Assembly: GCA_001179505.1 (NCBI GenBank)
Contig: CDMY01000275.1
Span: 494,295 to 558,294, forward strand
Reading direction: 5' to 3'
Origin: Vitrella brassicaformis CCMP3155
Taxonomy: Eukaryota; Protista; Chromerida
DNA: 64,000 nucleotides
Within the stretch, counting starts at the first letter, position 1. Every line of letters begins with the position of its first letter. Positions 11,547 to 23,900 of this stretch are shown here, in pieces. A model generated the notes under the pieces. That model was not told the DNA's origin, ran no database searches, and saw only the letters and a program-made list of their open reading frames with translations. Position numbers and translations under genes: made by a program.

Positions 11547-14339
11547 TCAGGATCTTCCTAAGTTACAATCGGGCGACTCCCAGGTGTTGTCTTCCCCGTC
11601 TAAATCACTGCACGGATTGAGACACGTGTTGAGCTCAATAACGTCAAGAAGTGGCATGTCATTCCGAGGGTGCGTGTCCTCGTAAGAGAGGCCATAGCTG
11701 TAGGGGAATCGCGGCAGCTGCCCGTCGCCCTTGCGGATGTTGAACTGGCATGGGTGATCGGGCCATTTCATTGATAACCGGCCGGTGAAATTCACCGCAC
11801 CGAAGGGGAGGTCGGTCAGCCCGGGGCCCGCCTGTTTGCATGGCAGCCAGGCCGCGACGAAGGCGTCTGAGAGATTTATTTCTTCGTTGACGTACAGCGG
11901 CCTGCCTGAGTACAAAATGGTAATTATTGGGGTCGTGGGTGCGCTGTCGCGTGCATGCTTCAGGCGGATCAAGTCCTCTGGGTACGTATGCCTGCCGGAT
12001 CTGGACCTGTGCCACATGCAACCAGAGTACGACTCATCAACAGCTACACGGCGAAGAATGTGTGCGTACTGGTTTCGATGGTGCATGAGGCTTTCTCCAT
12101 CATCCAGGTCGCCATAGACCTCGGCGTAGGGGTCTTCGGCAATGACATGTATAATGACGTCGTAGTCGCTGTTCAGCATGCCTTTGCCTTCCTCGTCGTC
12201 AACCACCGTGTAGTTATTTCTGTTGCTGTGCTCCTGGAGGGCCTTTATCAGAGAGACGGCATTGTCCACCGTATCGAAAACGTCGTCGTTGACTGGAGGG
12301 GGGAATGACAGCAAGCAGAGAGAAACATGATCCAGGACACACTCGTTGCTCATGCGTTTTGAGCTAACCCTGTCCCTGCCACCCCATGGTCCACCCCCCA
12401 CACGCGAGATGGATCCATCGCGCCTTGCCCATCACCAACACCCTCATGCCGGCCCGTGGCTTCAGCGGCAACACACCGCCGTTGTTCTGCTCAAATACCA
12501 CGTACCGAAACACTTTAGACTTGCTCTCTGATCTTTCTCCTCTCACCTTAGCAGCACCGCCGACTTTTGTACGGTTTCCCTGGCGACGGCCGTGTGCTCT
12601 GGGCTGCCGATGGCGGTTATGTTGACGTCGTCTATTCTGTCCAGTACGTTGACGCCAGGTCCGATCATGCCTAGCCGGGCCTTAAGACGCAACACACGTC
12701 TGGCGGCGTCGTCGATGCGCGACTGCGGTACGGTGCCATTTCTGACAGTCTGGAGAGTGTTCTGGATAAACTTGGAGTAGTGATCGCCACCCACCGTGGA
12801 GAGGAGGAACATGTCAATCTGATAAGGTGTCAAGTGAGGGAGTGACAATGAGTGCGTGTGTGAGACAGGAGGATGCGTGTTGTACGCCCGCGTTGATGCC
12901 TTGTGGGCAGCTGTCGGATGTGCACGAAGGTATGTCAGCGTGGGCGTTCCAGTCGCTCATGACAACCCCATCGAAGCTGAAGTGGCCCTTGAGGATCTCC
13001 GTCAGGTAGTGGTAGTGCTGGTGCATCTCTATGCCGTTGATCTCGTTGAATGAGGGCATCGTGCTCATCACCTCTATCAGGCAGGGAGGCAGGCACAGAT
13101 GCTTTGGCCAAACAGTACTTGTGTACACCCTCGCTTTGAAGCACCCTATGNNNNNNNNNNNNNNNNNNNNNNNNNNNNNNNNNNNNNNNNNNNNNNNNNN
13201 NNNNNNNNNNNNNNNNNNNNNNNNNNNNNNNNNNNNNNNNNNNNNNNNNNNNNNNNNNNNNNNNNNNNNNNNNNNNNNNNNNNNNNNNNNNNNNNNNNNN
13301 NNNNNNNNNNNNNNNNNNNNNNNNNNNNNNNNNNNNNNNNNNNNNNNNNNNNNNNNNNNNNNNNNNNNNNNNNNNNNNNNNNNNNNNNNNNNNNNNNNNN
13401 NNNNNNNNNNNNNNNNNNNNNNNNNNNNNNNNNNNNNNNNNNNNNNNNNNCTTTGCCACAGGGCCTCTCACTTTGGGCGGCTCGGGCCACAGGGCACACT
13501 ACCTACATCCACACAATCGATGCACAAATGTATCAGCATGTATGCACTGACCTTGGCCCACACAGCTGGTGTGGGGTGACGCCAGTGGTCTTTTTCTCTT
13601 CGGTAGCATGCAGAGTGCATAGCTGCGTGCTGTAGTCGTAGCTGAAGACGATGCAGGCCTCATATTGCTGACAGAGGGCCTGGCACCTAAATGGTGTCGC
13701 AACAGATCCCAGACTGATAACATCGACAGGCGTGGCATAGTAGTGGCAGCCCCGAGCGATACTGCCATCCACAAAACATAGCATAATCACACTGTTATCT
13801 TTCGAAATGTTCCTGATGTCACATACCAGCCCCCGGTCAGCTCCTCTCTCCCGCCTTCTGTGCTTCGCTGTCCGTCCGAGGTGCAATATTTGGGCCCTGA
13901 TGTAGCGAAATTGCTCTCTTGCTTATCATGCTGAACGTCGGTCAGCTTGTCGGTGAGGAGGACGCATCCCTGGCCGTACGAGAAGGTGAACGCCTCACAT
14001 TCTTCCCAAGCCCAGCACTTCATCTGACAGTGACGGGGGGTTGGCGATGCCCATCATGGCGTCAGTGGAGATATTGACTTCGGGTGATACATAAAACACC
14101 CCTTGTTCGTAACAACCGGCTGAACAAAGAGTAAAACAAGTCGGTTGAGTTGTCCTTTCTCGGTTGCCTCGCTTACATCCTTCATCGTCGACATAGTCAG
14201 GGATGACAGGGCTGCGGGTCACTTGCGTCTCCGACCGATCAACACACAGACAGAAAAGAAGGGCTGCAGGCAATTGCAGCCGACGGTTGGACGTCCAAGT
14301 TCTACCACGGTTGGACGTCCAAGTTCTACGCATATACAT
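11547..14339 (-). CDS. Secreted GH3 beta-glucosidase/exo-beta-glucanase with N-terminal Apple/PAN domains; one frameshift; part of the GH3 N-domain lies in the gap
   Basis: GH3 motifs: TMPSFNEING, FDGVVMSDW (nucleophile Asp), SRIDDAARRVLRLK, ARETVQKSAVLL, AEDPYAE (acid/base Glu), ILYSGRPL, DAFVAAWLP, FTGRLSMKWP, FPYSYGLSY. Two Apple-like repeats: CQMKCWAWEECEAFTFSYGQGCVLL...SGPKYC and CQALCQQYEACIVFSYDYSTQLCTL...LCGPRS. Hydrophobic N-terminus AALLFCLCV. The G6 run at 14035-14040 shifts the frame. Confidence 0.85.
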
Positions 14340-14479
14340 GTGCAAGTACGGTTTGCCGTACAATAGTGTACACTACATCAGGTCTTCTTTTGTCTATGTA
14401 TACATTCCTTGTCGCAACAGGCCGCGTTCCAGCCAACGTGGCCCGGCATGCACAGCAGTCGCGCCTATTGTGTACATGT

Positions 14480-14745
14480 TCAAACATTAATTGCGCAACG
14501 GCTGCGGAATTGTAACGTCTGTAACGTGACAGATGCCGTGCGTTTGCCATGGGGGTTGAACTTGTGCAAGGGCGATAACGACGCCAAGGCCGTGAAGCCG
14601 AATGAAGCTCTCGTGGCCCTTCTGCGTTCACGTGCTCATTCGGCTGCGACAGCTGCTCGATCAAGTCGAGGAGAAAGCCATCGACCTGTCATCCACATGT
14701 TGCTTGGCGCTGACCATTAACAATGCTCTCAAACTTGAAACCCAC
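14480..14745 (+). pseudogene. Frameshifted remnant homologous to the ORF at 35156-35581
   Basis: Shares KPNEALVALL..LIRLRQLLDQVEEKAIDLSSTCC with the 35 kb ORF at nucleotide and peptide level, but has indels. Confidence 0.75.
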
Positions 14746-16121
14746 TCTTGCTGTCCCCTTCCCCTCTCGGGCAAATGAAACATCATGCTGTTTTAACCGT
14801 AACACTCGTGTATGCGTCCGTGACACTCATACAAATACAGTCCCATGAGCACGCAGAGTCAAACGCTCAAGGGGAGGAGGGATCGATGAGACATGTATTA
14901 GCGACCCACCATCGGGCCGTGTCGTGGCTAGTCGTGGCCCGATGGTGGGTCTTCTTGTCGTGTGCAGTCAGGCGTGAGTGTGTTCCACGGTGCGCGGCAA
15001 GAGTGAGGCCGCCCAGAGGCCGCCACACCGTTCATTCCCCCCTTCCCCAGAGACGAGGTCTGGGGGAGGGGCCCGTATTCACCCCACTAGGTCTTTTCCT
15101 CGCCACACTGTGCCTTCCATGTGCCTGTATGTGTGTGTGTGTGTGTGTGTGNNNNNNNNNNNNNNNNNNNNNNNNNNNNNNNNNNNNNNNNNNNNNNNNN
15201 NNNNNNNNNNNNNNNNNNNNNNNNNNNNNNNNNNNNNNNNNNNNNNNNNNNNNNNNNNNNNNNNNNNNNNNNNNNNNNNNNNNNNNNNNNNNNNNNNNNN
15301 NNNNNNNNNNNNNNNNNNNNNNNNNNNNNNNNNNNNNNNNNNNNNNNNNNNNNNNNNNNNNNNNNNNNNNNNNNNNNNNNNNNNNNNNNNNNNNNNNNNN
15401 NNNNNNNNNNNNNNNNNNNNNNNNNNNNNNNNNNNNNNNNNNNNNNNNNNNGCCTTCCATGTGCCTGTATGTGGGTGTGTGTGTGTGTGCGAGGGCGTAT
15501 GTGTGTAGGGGTGTGAGTGGGTATGGGTGTGGGTATGCGGGTGAGGTATTGGTATTCTTGGGTGTGTGTGTATGTGTGTGGGGGTGTACGTGTGTGTGTA
15601 GGGATGTGAGTGCGGGTATGGGTGTGTCTTGCCGCCCTTTTGCTTTTCCCTCCGGTGATATCTGTATGGGTGTGCCCTGGGAGTGTCTACGGGTCGGCCG
15701 CCTGCCGCCCCTCTCGCCGTAGAGACCGGGGTGGCGGTGTGCTCGACTTTCATACACCCCCAGCACCCCGTGCGTAGTTTTTACAGGGGCGTGTTTGCGT
15801 GTGACTGGTCGATTTGCACTAGCTGCCCACCTGGGGATGGGCGGTACGTACGTATGAAGTCATGGTGCACCACGCGCGCACGCACGCCGCCTTCAGGTTG
15901 CTGGGGTGGCGCGTGTGCGACGTTCTGTGCCTGCTCGTATGTTGCCGTCGTTCGCAGCGCATTGCATATCCTCCTGTTTGCTGCATCTGCCCTCTGCGTG
16001 CTGCGTGTTGCGTGTCCGGGTTGCATGTTAGGGTGCGTGTTTCATGTGGGACGGACCGAGAGGGGACTTGGCCGTCAGGCCGCCTAGGGTGCTCCCTGAA
16101 ATCGCTGCTGCAGCGACGGAC

Positions 16122-16295
16122 GGCGCCAACATAGGCGCCTTGATGACGTAGGCGCCTTTATACAGGCGCCTACGTAACGGCGCCGATGTAGGCGCCTACG
16201 TCAAGGCGCCTACACGTCAAGGCGCCTACAGGTCACGGCGCCCACATCGGCGCCTACTTCGAGCCGCCGATGTAGGCGCCTATATAAAGGCGCCT
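16122..16295. repeat. Array of 12 GGCGCC palindromes spaced about 12-20 bp
   Basis: Direct count of ggcgcc in 16122-16295; followed by CCCTAAACCCTAA at ~16343. Confidence 0.85.
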
Positions 16296-16334
16296 ACTTC
16301 TAGTCGCCGGCCACCTACGTGGGGGCGTCTCCGA

Positions 16335-16675
16335 AGTTAATACCCTAAACCCTAAGCGACAAACGAAGGTTTGGCGAACAAGCATCCCAACCAAGAAACC
16401 CTTCCAAAGCCCCTCCCCGTCACCTCTCCCTCCTGCGTGCTGCCAAAGGGGAGCGTCCAATCGACACACTCACTCCCACCCATCCCTTCGCAGCGTGTTC
16501 GCCTCTACTTCCGCCTACATTCATGCGCCTATATGGGCGGATCTTTCGTCGTCTCCATTCATGCGCCCATAGAGGCGCGTCTGGCGCCTACATGGGCATG
16601 TCGGACGCGGGCTTACTTATCGGGCTCTATAGGCTGGCGTCTCCGTCTATATCGACGAAATCCGCGCATATGAAG
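16335..16675 (+). repeat. Dispersed repeat, inverted partner of 8445-8985
   Basis: Reverse-complement similarity to 8445-8985, with indels. Confidence 0.7.
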
Positions 16676-16960
16676 AGAGCACTGCCTCATCTCAGATGAA
16701 GAGGCAGCCTTCGAGCAGCATCACTTTGACCTTCGAACTGCCAGTGTGGGTACTGGGGGCTATCCGCATGGTCGAAGCTGGCTTGAGGAGGTTGCTGTTC
16801 ATTGTTACTGAAAACGGAGCAGTAACGGTAGAGACCGGAAAGGAAGGCTACGTTCTTCTTGAACCAAGACACTTAGCAACCAACACCGACTGGTATTCTT
16901 ATGTCCTGCTTGCCCACACAGTAGGATGATGCAGCGAGGGCTGCGCGCGTCTTCATCACC

Positions 16961-18958
16961 ATGTTCACTATTCAAAGAAACAACGCTTTCCTTCTTGTCG
17001 CATTGCCCCTGTCTTTATTCGGAATACAATGCCTCATCGCTGGACAGGTGTAATATTATATATGTTATTCGCAATTGAACTGTGTGTGAGTGTGTCCTCA
17101 GGGTGCTACGACATTTGAAGACGTAGTGAGTGTTGATGAGGGCTTCTACATGAATGACTGGAAGTGCTTCTGTCCTGGCCTTGGCGGCTCCTGCTATGGC
17201 GAGTGCGGCCGAGGGTACGACGCTGCTGAGCTAACCAGCAAGGACACGTTCAGGTACGGGCGTTTCGAGACGAGTTTGCACCGGGATGATGTCGAGGGAA
17301 CAGTAGCAACCTTCTTCCTCTTCAAGAATGACAGCGACAAAGTCCGTGGGGCGTTGTGGAAGGAGATAGACTACGAGGTGCATGGCTTGGGCGGCCATGC
17401 CGCGACGCCCATCCAGACCAACATCATAACGGGCAACTTCAAAGACCGCAACAGATCCCCGCAGTACCTCCCAATGCCGGGTCACCCCTCACAGGGTGAG
17501 GCTCAGGCGGATGCTGTCAAGAGAGGTTTCCATCACATTGCGCTTGAGTGGACCCCCGACTATGTCGCATGGTACTTCGATGGAAGACGCGTTCGGCTCG
17601 ATACGGCCTGTGGCGCTGGATTGCATTGCAGTCCCCAAACCTCTGAGTTGACGGACCCGATGAATCTTCGTCTGTCCCTGTGGCCATGCAACCCCCACTT
17701 CGAGTGGGCCGAGTCGTGGGCCGTCAGGTTCGATCCCGCCTCGGTCCCTCTTACCGCGTATTTCGATTATGTCAGGACATACGACTACGACCCGATCACC
17801 AAGGGTGTATCCAATATCGTCTTTCCCCCAGGAATACCGTTTCCTGCCCAATTCGCTTGTATCAGGTTTCATTCCAAAGTGGACAGACGAGTTCGGGACG
17901 CTCAATGCGACTCGATGGGAGGCCAGCACTCACACCTTCGACGCACAATTCAAGCCGAATAATGCTGCCATTGTCAAGGCGGAGGAGACTGACCCGCTGT
18001 CCGACGGGTCGTACCTTTCTTTGTCCATTACAGACAAGAACGCCACAATCGATGTCCTCCCACCCGACTTCCAGAGGCCCACGTACGACGAATTCAACGT
18101 TAAGCCACTAGAATGGGTCTACGATGATTGGAACCCGCCATCCAAAAGCTATTTGCTGGAGAGCGAGGTCTGCAAAGGCGAAGGTGTCACGAGTGAGCCG
18201 GGCAAGCGATACGAGGGAGGCTGGGTAACCTTCACGACTGTATTGGTTGAGGGCCTGCCCAACTTTGGCAATACCCGGATCGATGAGACGGACGCTGTGC
18301 AGAAGTGCACGGCCATGTGTGTAGACCACTACAACAGCAGCGAGTGCCGCTTCTTCACGGTCTTCTCTGTCGAGTCCACCCAGTACTGCAGCGGCTTCAT
18401 GACCCCCGAGAGAGAGAGATCAGCGATAGCTCTGCCGTGGCGGGTTTCATCTGCTCACAGCCTGACTCACAGGCCAAAACAGTTGAGCCCGCAGCCGACG
18501 GTCATATGGAGTTAGAAGCGGAGGCCGAGGCGCCAACCGCTTCTGCTGAAACGGAGACAGAGGCGTCGACCTCTCCTAAACCCCTGGGGGAGCCGGAGGA
18601 GGAAACAGTGGTACCAGACACGCCCGAGGTGATCGATGAGGCCTCCGATGAGTTAATCTGGGCAGTCGAGGGGCAGGATAGCACTAGCCTTGTGCCCGTC
18701 GGCAGCCCGCTTGAGCCATCCGAAGGAGAGGCAGCTTCAGTGATCAAGGTGGAACCAGCTGACATGAGCGAGACAAATGAGGTTTCAACAAAAACAGAAG
18801 GCGACATTCCCATCTGGCTTATTCTCGTTGTCATTGCTGCTGCTCTACTCCCGGTGACGGGCCTGGTCTTCTTCTTCTTCGCTAGAGACAGGAGGTCCAA
18901 AAGCGGGCCCGAAGCAGCGCAGCGCACTCACACCGCGACAAGTTGGGTATCAGTGTGA
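16961..18958 (+). CDS. Circularly permuted GH16 beta-1,3(4)-glucanase (licheninase-like) + Apple-like domain + acidic stalk + TM anchor; (GA)n frameshift
   Basis: Signal peptide MFTIQRNNAFLLVALPLSLFGIQC; AELTSKDTFRYGRFE, WKEIDYE catalytic motif at 17363-17377, QTNIITG, FHHIALEWTPDYVAWYFDG, LRLSLW, FDYVRTYDY, then WTDEFGTLNATRWEASTHTF. Later CTAMCVDHYNSSECRFFTV, an E/T/P-rich stalk and TM IWLILVVIAAALLPVTGLVFFFFA. The frame changes at (GA)6, 18408-18419. Confidence 0.88.
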
Positions 18959-20934
18959 GCGGCTTCCCTTGGCGAACGCATCCGAATGAGCCGATGCGTG
19001 TACGTGTGTATGCTTGCTTTGCGCGACACGCCATCCTTCGTAGGTGTTTTTTGCCTCATGAAGCGAAAGCAACAAAAGCGGCTGGCCGGTCCACCGAGAC
19101 ATGTTTTACCTCGTCCGGTTGTATGTGTGTATGTGTGTGTGTTTTTTTTTCTGTTTCTTAAGACGCACACAGACCTTTTTTTTTAAGACGCACACAGACA
19201 CCCGTGGACAACACTACACATACGCAAACAGCAAGACCGCCTCACGTCCAGTGCAAGCGTGCGTGTCCAACCGATCATGTGTGTGTCGAGTGAAGATGTT
19301 TCGATCCTTGTCGAGGCAAGAGGATGGATGGTACGGCTCATCCACAGCTAGCTATGGGCTTGAAGGGGTGACGGTTTTTATCCCAAGACGCAAGGGTTCA
19401 AAGGGCCTAACCACACATCATAGACACACGGCGAAGGCCGACAGGCTTCATCACAGACAAATCCTCAGTGCAAATCTGAACAGCTTCACAGGGAAGGGGA
19501 GTTTAATCCAATGCAGTCAGTGCGACATTTCGCCGGCCCCTAAAAGAGTGGCGCATACACAGGCACTGCACCGTCACAAACGCATGCTGGCATCAACATT
19601 ACAGACACGGAGACATTTCCCACACACAACAGACACACAGATACACCAAGTCAGACCTGCCTGCGCGCCACCCGCCCTGTACCTCGCTGTGCGCACCTGC
19701 AATAAACAATGACCACGGACACAAACCTCTCAGCACAGTGACCTGTTATGCCTTTCGGACGAAGCGTATGTGTGCCCTTCCGCTGCACATGAAGGACCTA
19801 CACTCATCTCAACGTCCACAATACACATCAGCAGCCACACGGACAGACAGACAAGCAGTCAACCACGCTCACAGATGGCAACATACATACGAAAAGACAG
19901 TGGGCTTCACAAAGAGACGGCCCCTCTTCTCGTGCGTCCTGGCTGCGTCCACCTGTCTGTCTGTCTGTCCGTCAACCACAGTGTGTGCAGAATGGGTCAG
20001 GTCGGCGTATAATGGATGACGTCACAAAGCGCAATCGTGTTGACGATGCCCTGAGCCGGCTCACCGATCAGAATAATCGGAGTAGCTGGAAGGGATGTCA
20101 TTGATCATTAGTTGTGCACACAAAAGAGACAGACCAGACGCCGATTCGGTGTTCATTTTTTGCTATGTCCCGATAATATGAGGGCGGCATCCGTCACGAG
20201 TCAGCTAGTTCCCGTGTGTGCACCAGTCCCCCCACCTCCCGGCCGTCCCATCTCTCCTTCGTCAGTACGTCACGTGGTCGCCTTAATGTCCATGCAAAGA
20301 CGGCCTTTGTGAGGCACGCCGGACACTTCAGTTCCGCATCGCGTCTGACGTACATCGGCATCGCCTTGTCCCCGGGAAAAAGAGGAAAAGCAACCCGGCC
20401 GACGGCGAGAACAGGAGAGCGAGCAAATTGAAATAGATGAAGAGGATTGAAATATCAGCTTGATGTCCAGACACGCATCAAAACGCCACATGAGTAACCG
20501 ACACCGGTTTTCGCCATTTTTTCGCCAACGAGAGGGCCGATTCAAATGGGGAGCGAACTCGTTTCTCGCAGGGTACCCCGCTGCCGGGCTGTGAGATGGC
20601 GGCTGGACCTGAGTTCTGAATGTGTGTGTCATGTTGCATGTCTCACGCTTCTTTGCAGTGTGCGACATGTTTTCACAGTCGACGAACGTTGTCCATTGTT
20701 TCTGCATGTATTGTCTCCCTTCGCTTGCTTGATACGAACTGATGCTTAGACGAACTTCGTCGCCCGTTTCATGCATCTACTTAAAAGCACAATGCACATA
20801 TATTTAAATCAGATCTAAGAGAGACCGCCTGGGAAAAAAGTTGGAGGACACTTTCACCCTTTAGACTAACTGTCTCTGTAGCCGTTGCTTTCAGGGTACC
20901 CGTTTCAGCTCAATGGATCAAAGCTGAGAGCAGA

Positions 20935-23900
20935 ATGGTTCTCAACGTTAATGTCATCCTCGGAGTCCTGATTGGCGCGACGTCTTCGCTTGCAGGTGCT
21001 CTCTCACGTTCACCCCACGTCTCGGACCCTGTCGAAGGTTGGTCCCGCTCTGCTCGCAGTTCCCTGCTGCCTCTATGTGTTCCTGATGCCCGTGGCAATG
21101 AAGACAAATGGGTGGCAGTGTGTGCGGAAGAAGACGGCCGAATACTCTACTTTGCATCCATGGAGGAGGGTCTTCTTCACCCTGTACTTGAAGTGGACCG
21201 CCGGTTTGCTGTTGACTACGATGGCGACGGAGAAGAGGAGATAGCCATAGACGTGAGGGTCTTTGCAAAACACGTGCTTAAGTTCCTTCCGTTTCCATTC
21301 CACAGGGTTCAGGCTCCCACACTCATGAGGCAGGCAAGTCACTCAGCAGCTATTCATTCAAAGTCGACGGCAAGACGGTTTCTGCGACAGTGAGTGAACA
21401 TGCTATAAGAGCAGTCAGAACGACCGCATTGAAGAGCTATACTGACTGCAGGAATGTAGTACTGATGAGAGCAACTGTGAACGGCACATTCGACCATCCC
21501 TTGGTTATGGCAACCATTCCATTGAGATCACTGTGAGAGATGAACACAACAACACCGCGTCCGCCAGCAAGGAGGTCCACGTAGCCCCCATTGATGAAGT
21601 GCCCGGTTGTTCGTTGGCGCTCTACACGGGCGATGATAACAAGGGCTTCTCAGCACGTGGCTTGCTGCGAAGCCGCGCTGCCACAAAGGGTTTCCAGCTG
21701 CGACGCAATGGCGTCAAGGGTCTGCATCCGCGGTGGGTGACGTCCAGCGGCGTGGTGGCTGACGCTGACGAAGACACCCGCGGCCGGGGCTCCCCATACG
21801 AGACCTGTGAAGTACTTCCGGACCCCCAAACGATGGGAATTTTTGATAAAGAGTTCACTAGCAATCTGATCGTCAGGGCACAGGTAGTGCAGTTCACGCT
21901 CCGTGAAAGCACACCACTATCTTGATGTACCCTGACGCAACCAGGGCGTGCTCGAGCTTTCCGCATCTGGTTCAAAGAATGAGCCTACTATGCTGTCTGT
22001 TGAGGGTGGAAGCGACGCAGTGGTGTGGATTGATGGGGAGCAGCGCCTATTCGAGAAGGGAAGGAGCATCCCACTGGAGGCTGGACGCGGAGCGGTGGAG
22101 GTGGAAGTGAGATGGCTTGTTGCGGAGCCGACAAGACAGCCTTTGCGGGTGGTACTGCAAGACGACAACCGATCATCACCAGTCAGCTGGCGCTGGACTC
22201 ACAACCAGCGAGATTGGGAACCCTTCATCAACAAAGTATCGCCCGATAAAGTGGACTCGGATGGGGGCACCCTAATCACGATTGACGGCGTTGGCTTTTT
22301 GAGTCCACAGGTGAGGCAATGAATCACATCCTGCTCATTGATTCACATGAGGCACCGCTGATCTTTTCTCCAATGCAAGACGGCGCAACGGATCAATTTG
22401 GTGTTTATAAGGAACAACATTCGCTATGGCGACCGCGTGGACAGCAGTGGCAATGTACCTGGTGTTGTGGGCTGGAGTGGCATACGCATAGAGTACCGAA
22501 CACCACCCGTAAGTCCGCATTAGACCCATTTTTGATGATCGTCTGATGACCTGCAAACCATTCAGGCTCCTGTGAACCAAATCGCGGATGTGCAGCTTGT
22601 GCTGGTGAGAAGGATGTGTACTCGAAGGGTGACATGGTTGTGCTCCATGTGCTCCTCCAGTTCCCACCTCAGCCATCTGCGCCTTGGGACTCAAAACCCT
22701 CAAATGCCAAGAGAATCGTGTACAAGAGTGGCGGCAGCTTTGACAGGATTGCGTTTCAGGGGCTCAAGAAAGTCGTGGACCTGTGGAGCCAGATCACGGG
22801 CGGTCACCGGGGGAGAGAAGGTCCAAGGTCGTTTTCAGGGACCTTCACAACAGGGGTGTGGGCTCAGGATGGGCGAACACTTGTGATGGGGACAATTCCA
22901 GGCCTCCTGGCTACTGCATCATTCATGAGCACTGATGAGGTGGATAAGAGCTCCATCAAAGTGTATGACACACTACAGAAGGAGTTTCCGGGCCACTCGA
23001 TCTCTGGGATCGAGTTCGATCCGCTCCGCCCCCCCTCAGACCCTCATCTGTATGTCGCACATGGACCCTTCTTCTACTGGGTAATCATCGAATCAATCAG
23101 GAAAGATCGCAACTTAGAATGCCTCTCTCATGCAGTGGAGACAAGGCATTTATTGCTTCAATGAGACCATGACTTACGCCCCCTTCTTGGCGCGCATATC
23201 CCGTCTGTCTGGCCCCGACTTCTCGGTCCTTGAAACCGTACTGGAGAACCTCCCAATTTCAAACACTCAGCACACAGTCAACGGCTTACATTTCGACAAC
23301 GAAGGAAACCTGTACGCCAATGTGGGCAGCACGACGAACGCGGGCTGGCCGGCGTGTTGGTATGTGGCCAAGCACTTCAGTGTGCGTGTGGCCAAGCACT
23401 TCAGTGTATACACTTTCTTCTTGCAATTCAGGACAGGCGGTCTGCCTGAATCCCCTCTGTCGGCATCACTCATTAAGGCATGCAGTTGGATGCTCTGCAT
23501 GTGACCTCACTGTCGCCGTCATGCAGGTCGAGGTCAACAACCCCAACCTGACCAAGAAGATCGAGTATGTCGACCACAAGACGCGCGAGCCCATCGAGAA
23601 GCCAAACCAGGTGAGATTGGGACACTGTCCTGATAAATGGTCCTTAATGTGTTTCTATGCAGCTGGAGGGTGACCGCTATGACCTCGCAAATAGTGTTGT
23701 AGGAGTGACGGTGTGGTCCAGTGGACTCCGCAATGCATACGATAGCGTCTACACTACCAAAGGTACATTAATGCATATGACCTTATTCGAATTGAATGCA
23801 CACTTGCTACGTCTTCACAAGCAGACATTCTCCTTGTGAATGTCGAGCAGGGAGGACCTATGTGATCATGAACGGGCCGAACATTCGCAGTGGTTCCCCT

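Noticed and set aside
15113-15660. His/Thr/Pro-rich or Val/Cys-rich ORFs
   Set aside because: Translations of degenerate (GT)n microsatellite flanking a gap.
18880-18958. TRAP/MIC2-type motor-binding tail on the GH16 (Trp near the C-terminus)
   Set aside because: The tail RDRRSKSGPEAAQRTHTATSWVSV lacks the acidic cluster and the Trp is fourth from the end; too weak to call.
19200-20800. Short ORFs between the GH16 and propeller paralogue 1
   Set aside because: No coherent coding signal or motif; treated as intergenic or decayed sequence.
21460-21500. CTGATGAG hammerhead-like core
   Set aside because: Lies in a coding exon, and no matching GAAA with stems I-III could be built.
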